Shown here: positions 52,491 to 64,000 of the stretch, in pieces
How the letters are laid out: each line of letters begins with the position of its first letter
How positions within the stretch are numbered: the first letter of the stretch is position 1
Source: Octopus vulgaris
Lineage: Eukaryota
Length of the DNA: 64,000 nt
Reading direction: 5' to 3'
Assembly (NCBI GenBank): GCA_951406725.2
Contig: OX597818.1
Coordinates: 97,030,001 to 97,094,000, forward strand
Translations under genes and position numbers: made by a program
The notes under the pieces: generated by a model
What the model was told of the DNA's origin: nothing
The model's input: the letters and a program-made list of their open reading frames with translations, nothing else
Databases searched by the model: none

Positions 52491-52510
52491 ACTCTTCTTT
52501 TATATATATA

Positions 52511-53035
52511 TCTCTTATTATAAAAGGCAGATTTTATCTGCCTCCCTTTGGGAGTTATAGAAATCTACAATATAGGATTTCTTCAATTACAATTTACCTA
52601 GCATTTTTGAGAGTACAATGCATCGCGTCATGCCAGGTCCAGTTTTTAAAATTTAAACTCCAATTAAGCAAAATTTACAGAAAACTCACATTCTGGTGTG
52701 TGTGCCAAATGCTTTTCTTAGTCTGGTTTACACCACACGCAAACGCACACACACAGTGGGCAACGAATAAAATGAAAGTAAATAGCGACAGAGTGATTTG
52801 AGGAAGACTAAAGTGAAAGTATTCTGTCTATGACGCTGATAGATACATGAGTAAAATGTATGGGAAGCTAAGAGCTAAGAGTGAGTGAAAATGTTCTTGG
52901 AAGAGAGTAATTAGTAATAAAGTAAACATACACTCATACATACATACATACATACATACATACATACACACACACATACACACACACATACATACACACA
53001 CACATACATACATACATATACATACATACATACAT

Positions 53036-53087
<52 letters not shown>

Positions 53088-54286
53088 GAAGCTTGAGAAC
53101 AATCAGATACATTTGCAACACATCTGTTGAAAATATTATTGTTCACACACATACATATACATATATACATACAGACAGACAGACAGATAGACACACACAC
53201 ACACACACACACATGATCCAGCATGGCCACAACCTCAAGGCTGAAACATATAAAAGAATAACAGAATATAAATGTGTGCAAAGTACAAGAAATATTAATG
53301 CAGTATATGGGGATTGGACAATAAGCGTAAGGCAGTGTCAATGGTGGTTCCAGAAATCCCGAGCCATAAACTACAGCCTAGAAGATGAGCCTCATCCTCA
53401 AAGATCTGTAGAACTCGACAAGGACATCCTGAAAACCCTGGTGGAACAAAATATCATCGTAACTGTTGAGGAACTAGCAGAGAAGCTTGGATTTGGTCAT
53501 TCAACCATTCATTGACACCTGTGTGCTATCGGAAAAGTCAGCAAATTGGGTCAATGGGTTCCTCACGAACTTTCCGAGTCTAATTGCATGCAGAGAGTGA
53601 ATGTATGCTTTTCTTTGCTGTCATATCTCACCACTACTGCGCTATGTATATCTATATATATAAAACTGTAGTTGTGTGAGTGTCTGTCCCCTTCGATTTA
53701 GATTCCTAACTACTACCACATTTTGTGGTACAGTTTAACCAAATTCGGGTAGCTTATAGTCCTGATTCATATAAAGCCCGTCTGAATATTAGCGCGCGTC
53801 TACGATGAGTCTACGATTTTAAAAATAATTTAACATAATTTTTTATTCCATTTTAATGCATAATTTTTCGTGTGTCGATGGCGGCGGAGTTGGCGTCCAC
53901 GCTCACACCTGCACCTGTGGGGAAGGGAGTGTAAGGAAATCAACGTCGTAATGCGTTGTCAAGGAGACCAGTGTTCTTTTAGAACAACGACTTCATGGCT
54001 TGAAGACACCAAAACAGAAATGGCTAAGAAAGCGTCTACATGAGTCTACGATTTAAAAAAAAATTTACCATCGTTTTTTTTCCATTTTAATGCATTTTTT
54101 CGCTATTATATAAGGGAAGTAACTCTCTAAAATGTCTACGATGAGTCAACGATTTAAAAAAAAATTTACCATCATATTTTTTCCATTTTTAATGCATTTT
54201 TTGCTATTTTTTGGCTATAACTCTCTAAAAATGCTTATATAGTTATTTCCCTTACAAACCCGAGCAACGCCGGGCGATACTGCTAG
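52511..54286 (+). mobile_element. Composite Helitron, copy 2
   Basis: A|TC start, CTAG|T end with the same hairpin; inner TC start at 53651; lacks ~300 bp of the mariner 5' end present in copy 1; inserted in (TA)n. Confidence 0.87.
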
Positions 54287-54674
54287 TATATATATAAAAT
54301 AAAATACAAAATGGGACAAGAACACAAAACATCTGGACAACTAGGTGATACAAAAAGGGACAACAAAACATCCAGATAGATGATACAAAACGGGTCATTC
54401 GAAGCCTTTTATCCTCAGTCAAGAACCGGATCATCCTTGCAAATTCGGCGGATTAATCTTGAGATTGCTTCAATCTGGCCAGCCCCAAGGAAAAACTAAG
54501 CGAAGAGCATTAGATTCCTTGGAAAAAAGCATTGAATGTATACGAAAACAAGGATGGAAAAACAGCCGATGTTACATCATCATCATCATCATCGTTTAAC
54601 GTCCGTTCTCCATGCTAGCATGGGTTGGACGGTTCGACCGGGGTTACATGAATATAAATGCAAAAATACAATAA

Positions 54675-54706
<32 letters not shown>

Positions 54707-54772
54707 TAATAATAATAATAATAATAGGACATAACAACAGGCATGTTTCGACTGGAGACGAATTGAATTCAG

Positions 54773-54816
<44 letters not shown>

Positions 54817-56449
54817 GCACAAATCCTGTCAAGATTGTCTTTGTCTTTTGTCCTTCCAAGGACTCCAAAATATGTACTAGCTAAATAGTAATCAATTTAA
54901 TCAACTGTTTTGTTCCTTCCTATATATATATAATAAAGGATAAAATTAATTAATCAATTAATAATTAATAATTTTACCAAGTAGTTCGGTATGTTAGAAG
55001 AACCATTATCGGTAACCTTATACAAAAATTCTATAATTATAAGCTTAATTATAATTAGGGTTTCGGTATGCGGTGAAGCAAATTTTTGCTGAACCCTAAT
55101 TATAATTATGCTTATAATAATAGAATTTTTGTGTGTGTGTGTGTGTGTGTATATATAACTACCTTTATATTTTCATATTATTCTTCTGTTATAATAATAA
55201 TAATAAAACATTGTGTACAGTGCTCAGGTGCACTACACATCATTTAATTCTAGTATCAAAGCAACTATGCATTTCTTCTCAAACTTACAAATTAATATCA
55301 ACCCTTTTAATGTAAAAATCAGATATATCCACTCAAAGTTTCACTACCTGAACTGTAGAAAGAAGTTTTATATACCAATCTCTCTTTTGTTGAGGAACTC
55401 CATGTTTGAAACTATTTTTTGAGGAGGTATGTTAAATTTTTTAAGGTAATGTGACTTGCAGAAAATGCCAATTCAATATTTTGGTAGATATTTAATATCA
55501 TTATTTCAATAACCATGAAATTAATTTTACTGTTAAAAAGGTAAGGGGAAATATGTAAGACTTTTACAGGTACCTAGTATCTTGCGATGTGAACTATAGA
55601 CTGAGATTTCTATGTCAAAAGAATAGAAGATAAGATGATGGTGGATTGGCAGAATTGTAAAATGTCATTGACATTTAGTTATGGGCTCTATGTTCTATGT
55701 TCAAATCTCACTGGGATCAACACTGCAATATTGCAAGGGTTGATAAAATAGAGTAGTTGTTAAGTACTGGGCTGTCTTCCATACTAGTAAAGGAGGCTGG
55801 ATGGTTTAACAGGATATAATGGGTCAGAGAGCTATGTCATGTCCCAATGTCTACTTTGGCATGATTTCTATGGCTGGATACCCTTCCTAGTTTATGGAAT
55901 GTACTGACTCCAGCACCAGTGAGGTTGCCATGTAACCCCAAAGACTAAGATTCCCGTTGACTGTGCGGGGCTACAGTAGAGTGGAGGCAACCTTATGCTA
56001 GGTGATGAAAAGTTAGAGTATGAAGGAAGAGGCCAGGACAGATTTTTTTACAGTTAAGGGGATTCAGTGTGAGACTGGAGAGATAAAGTTGGAGGTGGGA
56101 AGGTGTCAGGATGGGGCCTGGGGGTTAGAAGGACATAAAGTGGGGATGCATGTAGGTTGCAAGAGTGATTGTTTGAAACGGGGTAGAGGTGCAAATATAC
56201 TGAAAAAAAAACACACAAAAAAAACAAGGGTTGAAACACAGGAGAGGTGAATGATGGATGAGTGGGATAGAGGGTAGGTTTGAAGGGTGAATATAGAGAA
56301 TAGTGAAATTGATCAATAATACGAGTCGGGGGTGGGGTGGCGAGTGTGGGTGCTAACAGACAGGACGGGAGGTGAATGTAGTTGAATACAGTAGACAGGA
56401 GAAGAGAAAGGGAGATGATGTGTGGAGGGTGCAAGAGTTGGGATTAGCT

Positions 56450-57240
56450 GAATTAGAGACAGTCTTTGAGATAATTATAATTACATACATCAACGACCCA
56501 TAGATATTGAAATCAACCATATAGTCATTCAAACATCTGGATAGCCTTGCCAAATGATACAAACGTGTTGTCTGGTTTTAGGATGGAATTAGTGAAGACG
56601 TATGATGATCAAAGACAATACAACCATCACTACTAGTCTTTCAGGCATTACGTATCCAGGCAGACATTATCCAGTCTCTCCCTCGATTTTCAAGTCTGTA
56701 GGGAATAATTCAAAGCAATTTATTTGCTCTTTTTAGAAAATCGAGCGACTATGTAAAGGTTCCTTTGATGTATGACGTGTATGTATATGTTCCAGTGTGT
56801 CAATAAAATACAGATGGTTTAAAGATGACAGATATGTAAAGATAATTTATATGAACACTCAAATATATGATGAATCCAGAATTCAGTTAAATGTTATGGG
56901 AATGAATCACAACGTTTCTTTTGATGATAGACTGCTAGAATGATTCAAGGAATGAATTATTTCAGTTGTACCTACAAATGTTAAGTACGTGAATAGTCGT
57001 TTAAATAGAATCCCTCGCTCTCTTATAAGATTGAAGGTTTTAGAATTAACCGTTATCATTTCGTATGGGAAGTTTCCTGAAAACTCACTGATAATTTTTA
57101 TTGACTTATGGACACGCCCCAGTGTCTCAAAAAATTTAGAATGGGCTTTCAATACATCATACAAGATCTGTTTTCAAAGAACGGAGTTATTGATACTGCG
57201 TTAAACCAAGTTAACAAGTTATCAATAAAACATATTCATA
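56450..57240 (-). mobile_element. Degenerate Penelope-like fragment
   Basis: Minus strand YDVLK..FFETL..KSIK, then GETG and HL..C remnants, consistent with linker plus GIY-YIG; heavily decayed. Confidence 0.4.
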
Positions 57241-57679
57241 GTAAATATGACTAAGAAAAATTCCAACTATAAATGGATCCATGTCAGTAGGGAAACATTT
57301 TTAGTCTGCAGAATATGAAGTTAAGAATTGGATTTGCATTAAACGTAAAAATTTTAGTTTCTCTACTCTGCAGCATGGAGCTTAGACTTGGATTTTCATA
57401 AGCGTAAAAGAATTTAAACTTCCAGATATGAAATTTAGAATTAGCTCTAAATCAAAACTCAAAGACTTTACACTGCAGCATAAGGGCTTTGGAAGTGGAT
57501 TTGCTTAAGACATAAATTAAAAGATAACGCAGTTTTAAATATATGTTATTATTTCGTATGTACCAAGAATTTCATTTCTATAAAAATGAAGATTCAGTTA
57601 TTCAATGTAAAGTTTCAACTCAATCCAAAGTTAAAAGATATTTCCAATAATATATCATATTTGTGTGTATGTGGTTCAG

Positions 57680-58707
57680 CAGGCGTTCAACAGCCGACAG
57701 CCTGTATGACCTCTTGGAAACTGCGTGTGTTTTGCCTCATTTCCCACGTGCTTTTTGTGCTAGTCACATGACCGCCATCATGGCGACATTCTACTTTTAC
57801 CAGTGGAGACTATAAAATATTACAACACAATGCCATATACAATGTAGCTACCAGATAAGTCGTTGTTCCAACAGAAACCTATCTCTATGATGTTAAATTC
57901 GGGATAATAACGTAAAGATACTTAAACTTCACTTGCTAACAAAATTTCAATAATATTTTTTGTTAGCCTTTCTCATAGTAGAATCGCGCCCATCTACCGT
58001 TCAGAACACACTTTGTCAGTCTGGGACTTGTCATGTTTTGAAGATGTTTTCTTTTTTGTTGTTTAACAAAAACAAATGTTTGGCAGAAATATGTTGAGCT
58101 GGTAGCCTGTATTCTTCTGCGCAAGCCAGAAGTATTTTGTTTTACTGAGTGCCTTCGTCTTAAAGTAGTCGCATTGTGGTTCTACTTAATATGGAACTTC
58201 GCTCCACGGAAATATTTACAAAAGAATTATGTTAACAGAAAAACTATAATACTCGTTTACTACTTTATTCATTTATTCATCAATGTAGGTATTTTTCTTT
58301 AGAAACGCGGTCATCGAACGTTTTTCTCCCTAATTAGCAAATTTAAACAAATTGGCCATAAAACTTGACAGTTTTATGTTTGCTTTCTTCGGTTTTAAAA
58401 CTGATGAAAAGCGAAACACTTTTTCAGTCGCTGTGAACGCTCCGGTTTGTTTAGAGGTGTTCCATGTTGCTATCAAATAGTTTGTCGACATTAGAGAAGG
58501 GGAAGAGGTGCTGCTGTCTGTGTCGACACTATAAATGTCAACATAACGACACGGTCTCCACTAACCGAACAACCAAATTATTACAACAGTATTTCTGCAC
58601 TGTCGCCTCTAGCCGAACCATCAATTCATCACATCAACAACAGCCCTTCAAACTACTAAGATAGTTGCTACCGGGCGGATATATTTTTCTTACATAGTTT
58701 TCCATTC
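57680..58707 (+). promoter_or_regulatory. CpG-retaining promoter/5' UTR region of the downstream gene
   Basis: TE-free, visibly more CpG than flanks; E-boxes CACGTG (57745) and GTCACATGAC (57763); inverted YY1-like pair CGCCAT-C-ATGGCG (57773-57785). Confidence 0.55.
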
Positions 58708-58836
58708 ATGATGATTTATCTTATCGTGTTTTCTACTGTTGCTGGTGCCCTGGGCCTGGTCGTCTTCATACTGTTCATGATGCAATATCGGTCTTTACAA
58801 GCTTGGAGAATTGACCAAAATGTGGACCTCAAGAAG
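58708..58836 (+). CDS. Probable first coding exon of an unidentified membrane-anchored protein
   Basis: MMIYLIVFSTVAGALGLVVFILFMMQYRSLQAWRIDQNVDLKK; ~24-aa hydrophobic helix; consensus donor AAG|GTAAGT, phase 0; in-frame upstream stop at 58657. Confidence 0.65.
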
Positions 58837-59780
58837 GTAAGTTTCTTTGTTTTTTTTTTTTGTTGATATATTAACTTAAAAAAAATAAGGCCGAAAGGTA
58901 TGTTTTAAGGAATTCTATAAGGTATGTTTTAAGGAATTCTATAAAACCTGTTTTTATACTTCCACTTACAGCTTTTTGGTACTTCAACTATTCATTTGAA
59001 AAAAATTATAAAAGATAAGACTGTTATGTCGCTTGTTAATTTGTTTCAATTATGTATAGAATATGTATATTTTCTCAGAATAATTTATGAATTATAAACT
59101 ATTAAAACAACCTCAAAAGTTTTTCGCACTGAAAAATAGAACACGGAAAAGTGTTTATTAAATCCTTTCTCTCTTTTTCTTGAAGTAACTTGTGTTATTT
59201 TCTAGAATTAAAAAAAATTAAGTTTTCTCTTGAATTTCAAGATAGGCACACACGGTCTCTTTCAGCCATCCAATTAATTGTAAGTTTTAAAGCTACGTAT
59301 TTTTTTTAAATATTAGAAGCCATTCAAGCAATGAGAATTTTTCTTTTATTCTAATGTACCCCGGACTATATTATCCATTGTGTACACTTTTTTTAATGAT
59401 AGTAGGGTGTGATCTGAGAGATTTGGCTGCTATTTTCTTGCAGAGTTTAGCTAAAATGAGCAACATTGGTTGATACAGTGATATATTTTACTACACTCAT
59501 ACACTGATGAGACATTCCTATCTGAATGGGTGTGTGTGAAAATGCTGTTTTCTTGAATTTAAATACAAAATTACGGAAAGACATTCTCCTCCACCATTTT
59601 CTCTCAAGTTTGTTTTATTTTGTTATATTTTTTTTTCCAAAAATCCCCGTTTTCGGATACGGAGGTTCCGGAAAATTGCAAAAAATTGTGAAATCCCCTA
59701 TTTCAATTTTGACCCCCCCCCCAACATTAACCCTAAAACCATAACCGTAATTTCTTATGACACACAAAAAAAATCACAAG

Positions 59781-60105
59781 CGTGGTTATACGATTAATAA
59801 ACCTGCTTCTCAACTATGTGGTCTTGGGTTCAGTCTCACTGCGCGGCACCTTAGGTAAGTGTCTTCCACTGTAAACCTGGGCTAACCAAAGCCTTCTGAG
59901 TGGATTTGGTAGACGGGACTTGAAATAAACTCGTCGTATGTCTCCTACTGCCGCTTGACAACCGGTGTTAGTTTACGAGCCTGTAACGTAGCAGTCCGGC
60001 AATAGAGATAAAATAAGCACGTCTTTAAATACTGGGGTCAATTTCTTTGACTCTTCAAGGTGGTGCTCCGGCATGGTCGCAGTCTAGGTTGAAACCAATA
60101 AAAGG
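59781..60105 (+). mobile_element. CORE-like tRNA SINE, full length
   Basis: GGGTTCAGTCTCACTGCGCGGCACCTTAGGTAAGTGTCTTC..GGTGCTCCGGCATGGTCGCAGTC..GAAACCAATAAAAG. Confidence 0.85.
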
Positions 60106-61329
60106 TAGCATGTACCGAAATGTCAATTTCTCAAAACTTTTGTAGTTACAAAGTGTATGTTTACTAAATTCCCTGTATTTGAATGATACATTTATTGGGT
60201 GATATCGGTTTTTCTGTCTGACTTTTGGTCCTCTTATTTACCATATTTAGACAAAAGCACAATCTTCAACGCTTCTTTTCATTGTATGTTCAGGGGTTGG
60301 CCTCAGTTTCTCTATTTATTTAGCTTTTGTCCTTAATGGTTGTCTCCCAACATTTGAACTCGGAGCAGAGGAAGTTGAAACAAATACCGTAAGATATGCT
60401 ATCCGACGCGCTAACGATTCTGCCAGTTCGTGGCCTTTCCTTAATTTAAACTATTGGTTTAGTTGTTGGCATTGTATTTAGTTATAATTTTTTTCCTTTA
60501 TTTCCCTTCCGTACTGCACATCTTGTCCGCAGACGGTTATCACTCAGCTCTTCTCCATCTCTGGAGAAAGGGGCGTTGGCAGTAATCTTCACCCCACTCG
60601 CGTACCCTATTACTGCTCTACGTATCCGATTCGGAGAGAAAGCGAGAATCTACCTTCATACTTAGTCGATATCGAATCTGGGAATGACTCTCGACGGAAT
60701 TTGAACTCGAGCACAGAAGGTGGGCAACATGCTGCAAGACATTCCAGCCGTCTCTTAATGACTTCCGGTTCACCGTTTGTAGTTTCCATTGCCTGGTGTT
60801 TGCCTTATATTGTAATGTTGCTATCCATTTGGCAAGTAATTTTTATGTGGAGTCCTTTTTCATCCATTTATCCTCCACTGATGACACCATTGATAAAGGG
60901 AAGAAAATTTTGTTCTATAAAAACTGGTAAAACTACATGTTTAGTGGATTGCATTTCTCTTTATATACTGAGTCAACTGCTAACTACTACAGTTCATCTG
61001 TTGCATACAACGGTTTCCTCTATCAACCCTGTTGTGAAATAATTTCTTTGTACCTACACTGGATACATAGTTTCTATTCCTTTTCTGCGTATGGAGCGTG
61101 GACACTTTTCATTAGACAGCTGTATTTTTTTTTTTTTTAGTTTTACTTTTCGACTTCAACATTCTATGTTAGGAATGTTTCCTTTAATTCATCAACTGAT
61201 TTATCTGTGAGGACTAGGCTCCTTGTCATAGGTCTAAACCCAAACTGTTTTTTTAATTAGCTATGCTACAGCTCTTTCTATCATTTTTTTTTATAGCTTG
61301 GTACATTGATTTAATGTTTCTATTGTTGC

Positions 61330-61900
61330 TTCTCAGAGCAGTTGATGCTGTTACCACTGTGCCATTTTCTCAGAAAGCACCATCTTGTACTATCTGATTA
61401 ACTTTGCAAAAGCCAGCACGTCCAGCTTCACCAGATATTTTCAGTATCTTAGCTACTATTTCTGAGAGTAGAGCTGTCGACCTATATAGTTAGTTTCATA
61501 TTGGGTCTGTTTGGGTGTAGTCCCTCTTTCTCCTGCATATTCGCCTCAATTCAGGAATCTCTTGAAATAGCATTTCCATGTTTCTTTTTGTCATTATGCA
61601 CACATTTCTCTACAATACACTGATTTCTGCTGATGCTGTTTTTGCATTCTGGAGCACTTCATGTCTTTGATCTTCTTGCAGAACATTGGTAAAGCTCTTA
61701 ACTTTCAGTTATTCTTTGCTCAGTATGATTGACACCTAGCTCCTTTTTTTTAGCTACCCAGTATCATTTCCTTGCACTTTTTCTTCATTCTTTCTTACAT
61801 CGTGGCTTTTATAGCTCTCTCATATGCCACCATCCTGTTATTTTTTTTCTGGTTGGAACCTTGCTCCATTCAAACATCTGGTCTGTGGTTCTCTGCTGGT
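61330..61900 (-). mobile_element. RTE fragment (region N-terminal to RT)
   Basis: Minus strand EIVAKILKISGEAG..VNQIVQ. Confidence 0.5.
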
Positions 61901-61902
61901 TC

Positions 61903-62160
61903 ATCATCGTCATTTAACGTCCCTTTTCCATGCTAGCATGGGTTGGACGGTTTGACTGAGGTCTGGAGAGCCAGGAGGCTGCACCAGGCTCCAGTCTAAT
62001 CTGGTAGTGTTTCTACAGCTGGATGCCCTTCCTAACGCCAACCACTCCGTGAGTGTAGTGGGTGCTTTTTACGTGCCACCAGCATGGATGCCAGTCAAGG
62101 CGGCGCTAGCATCGACCACATTTGGATGGTGTTTTTTGTGTGCCACTGGTACAGGTATCA
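61903..62160 (-). mobile_element. RTE 3'-tail repeat
   Basis: Reverse complement of the consensus, begins (CAT)n. Confidence 0.85.
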
Positions 62161-62282
62161 CAACTACAATTTCCATTTGATTTTTATTTTGTTTCTTAGA
62201 AACTCATTTCTCATTTGTTTCATAGCCATCTCCACCTCTAGAACTTTGAGTTTACATATGACAAGGGATTTCATCTGCAATA

Positions 62283-63516
62283 TTAGGGTTGTCTGAAAAG
62301 GTCATAGGCTGACCAAGATACTCTCATGGAATGTGACTAAATGAGGTTTAACATTGAGGAATCCCCTATGGTCCACTGACTTCTTTTGGGGTTGCAGTGC
62401 TTTGATCAATTTAGTGGAAAAGCTTTTCATCCTGTTAGTCAAAAAAGGCATCAACAGCAGATGTATTCATCACTGCAATACTGGTTGGCAGCCAAGTTTT
62501 TTTTTTTTTTTCATGTTAGGGAACAGATGAGTTGAACAGGGCCAAATGAGAATAGAGAGCAGTTAACACGATCAAAGCCAGTCATACACAGCACAAGGAC
62601 TTATGTGCTAGAGCATTATGCTGATGAAATAAGACCTCTTTCATCAGTTTTTCTGGGCTTTTGATCTTAATAGCCATCTGTAACAGCATCAGCAAGTTGA
62701 CATAGTACTCTTCATTGATGATGTGGCCCTTCTGAAGATAGTCAATAAACAATGCCTTTTACATCTGCTAAAAACAGGCCATCGCACCCCTTGCAGATAA
62801 AAACAAACTTGGCCTTCTTAAAGCAGGCGAAGAGGTGTTTCCACTTCATGGATTGGCTCGTTGGCTGAAAATGAAGACGCCAGCACTCATTCTGGCTTAG
62901 GAAAATGTTCAAGCTGGATCTACCTCAGACAATGTCAGATTTTCCCATGATGTGATCAGCCTGGTGTGCTTTTGATCAGGTGTCAGAAAACGTGGCATCT
63001 ACTGAACAAAAACCTTTGTCATGCTAAGTTCATTGTGGAGAATATCCTCAATTCTCTCATGGGATATGTTAATAGCATTGTCTATTTGATTTATTGTCAA
63101 TCACCTGTCATACATTACCATGTGGTGAACATGTTCAGTGCATTTTCGGCAGTGGCAGTTACAGGATGTCCAGACTTTAGGTCAGTTTCAAGATTCTCCC
63201 GTCCTTACCTAAATTCAGCTGGCCACTTTATGTGCTAGTGATAAAACTGGAGTGTCATCTCCTAATGTGTCAGCATGAATGACCTTGCAGGCTAAACCCA
63301 TTTTCTGCAGGTAGTTAACACTGGAATGCCAAATTTTGTTTATTTTGAAGAGAAGTTGCTACTAGTTACTTTTGAAGTCTTCCTTGACAGTCAAATGTCA
63401 GTTTACCTAGAAAGAAACAATGCAGTTATTAGTAGTTGAAGTTACAGCATGCAAGGTTTCACTGCTGTAGCAGGACTCTTTCCTAGTCAGCCTATGAACT
63501 TTTCAGCTCACCCTCA
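62283..63516 (-). mobile_element. Full-length but decayed mariner element
   Basis: TA TSDs; ~29-bp TIRs TTAGGGTTGTCTGAAAAGGTCATAGGCTGAC / GTCAGCCTATGAACTTTTCAGCTCACCCTCA; minus strand IDYLQKGHIINEEYYVNLL; 1234 bp. Confidence 0.92.
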
Positions 63517-64000
63517 TACACTCTGTCCCAGTTTATCTCCTGTCTCTGAATGCATATTATCTATTATACTTTTCTCACTCAACACTGCTCTATGTACATT
63601 TTTCACCAGAGAATGACTTCGTATTCCTAGCCAGTTGTTTGTCCCATTCCCTGGTAAGCATAGTCTTTGCCAGAGTGGTAGCAATTGGGTGGCTGGCTGG
63701 TTTTCTAAAATTTGTTTTGCAAAAGATTATCATTTGTATCACAGAATACCAGCATCCTTGATTTTTCTTTATTCCTTATACCCAAACCATAGCTTCCATG
63801 TACACCCTAACTTAGCCTTATCATGGTATTAGTCATAACAAAGTTGCTGTAGTCTTTTATTAGTCTGCAAGAGGACCTTATAGAAATGATTATTTTGCTT
63901 ATGTCAGCTTAACTGTGACTCATTTTCAAAAATCATTGTTATTGCTGTGTTGTGTATGACTGTCCTAAGCTTAATCTTTTTAATACTTAAATCCCCCTTT

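Noticed and set aside
41828-54286. Tandem segmental duplication or haplotype assembly artefact
   Set aside because: Homology stops exactly at Helitron termini and the flanks are unrelated
54300-54570. Repeat with CTGAGGA on the minus strand as a hammerhead
   Set aside because: Could not assemble stem II, GAAA and stem I; probably a PLE-type terminal repeat but unsupported
57780-57815. ATGGCG in good Kozak context as a gene start
   Set aside because: Closes after 11 codons with no donor; treated as a promoter motif or uORF
58895-58942. 24-bp direct tandem duplication
   Set aside because: Ordinary local slippage in an intron; no array or CRISPR-like spacer structure
59700-59755. TAACCCTAA telomere-like motif
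   Set aside because: Only two or three degenerate units; likely a TE-internal repeat

Overview
AT-rich, repeat-dense eukaryotic genomic DNA. The SINE and RTE-tail families look like those of Octopus (inference, not searched). 3421-~21050 (+) holds 14 coding exons of a PP2A 65-kDa scaffold A subunit (PPP2R1A/B-like, HEAT repeats). They splice GT-AG in frame to 1601 nt; the first ~56 codons lie upstream of the window, and there is an intron in the 3' UTR. A second, unidentified gene appears to start at a CpG-richer promoter (57.7-58.7 kb) with a signal-anchor exon at 58708-58836. The rest is transposon-derived: three TTAA piggyBac derivatives, Penelope-like elements, RTE/CR1/Tx1 LINE fragments, mariners, hAT and Tc1-type MITEs, Helitrons, tRNA-SINEs and microsatellites. 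The most notable signals are (i) a dispersed set of minimal type I hammerhead-ribozyme motifs, some on both arms of non-coding fold-back elements and one downstream of a tRNA-like Pol III head, (ii) a composite Helitron that moved a captured mariner/SINE cargo as one unit, and (iii) inverted piggyBac copies flanking PP2A-A exons, an in-frame intron and a possible alternative C-terminus. All calls are by eye; TE boundaries are approximate unless a TSD or terminus is quoted.
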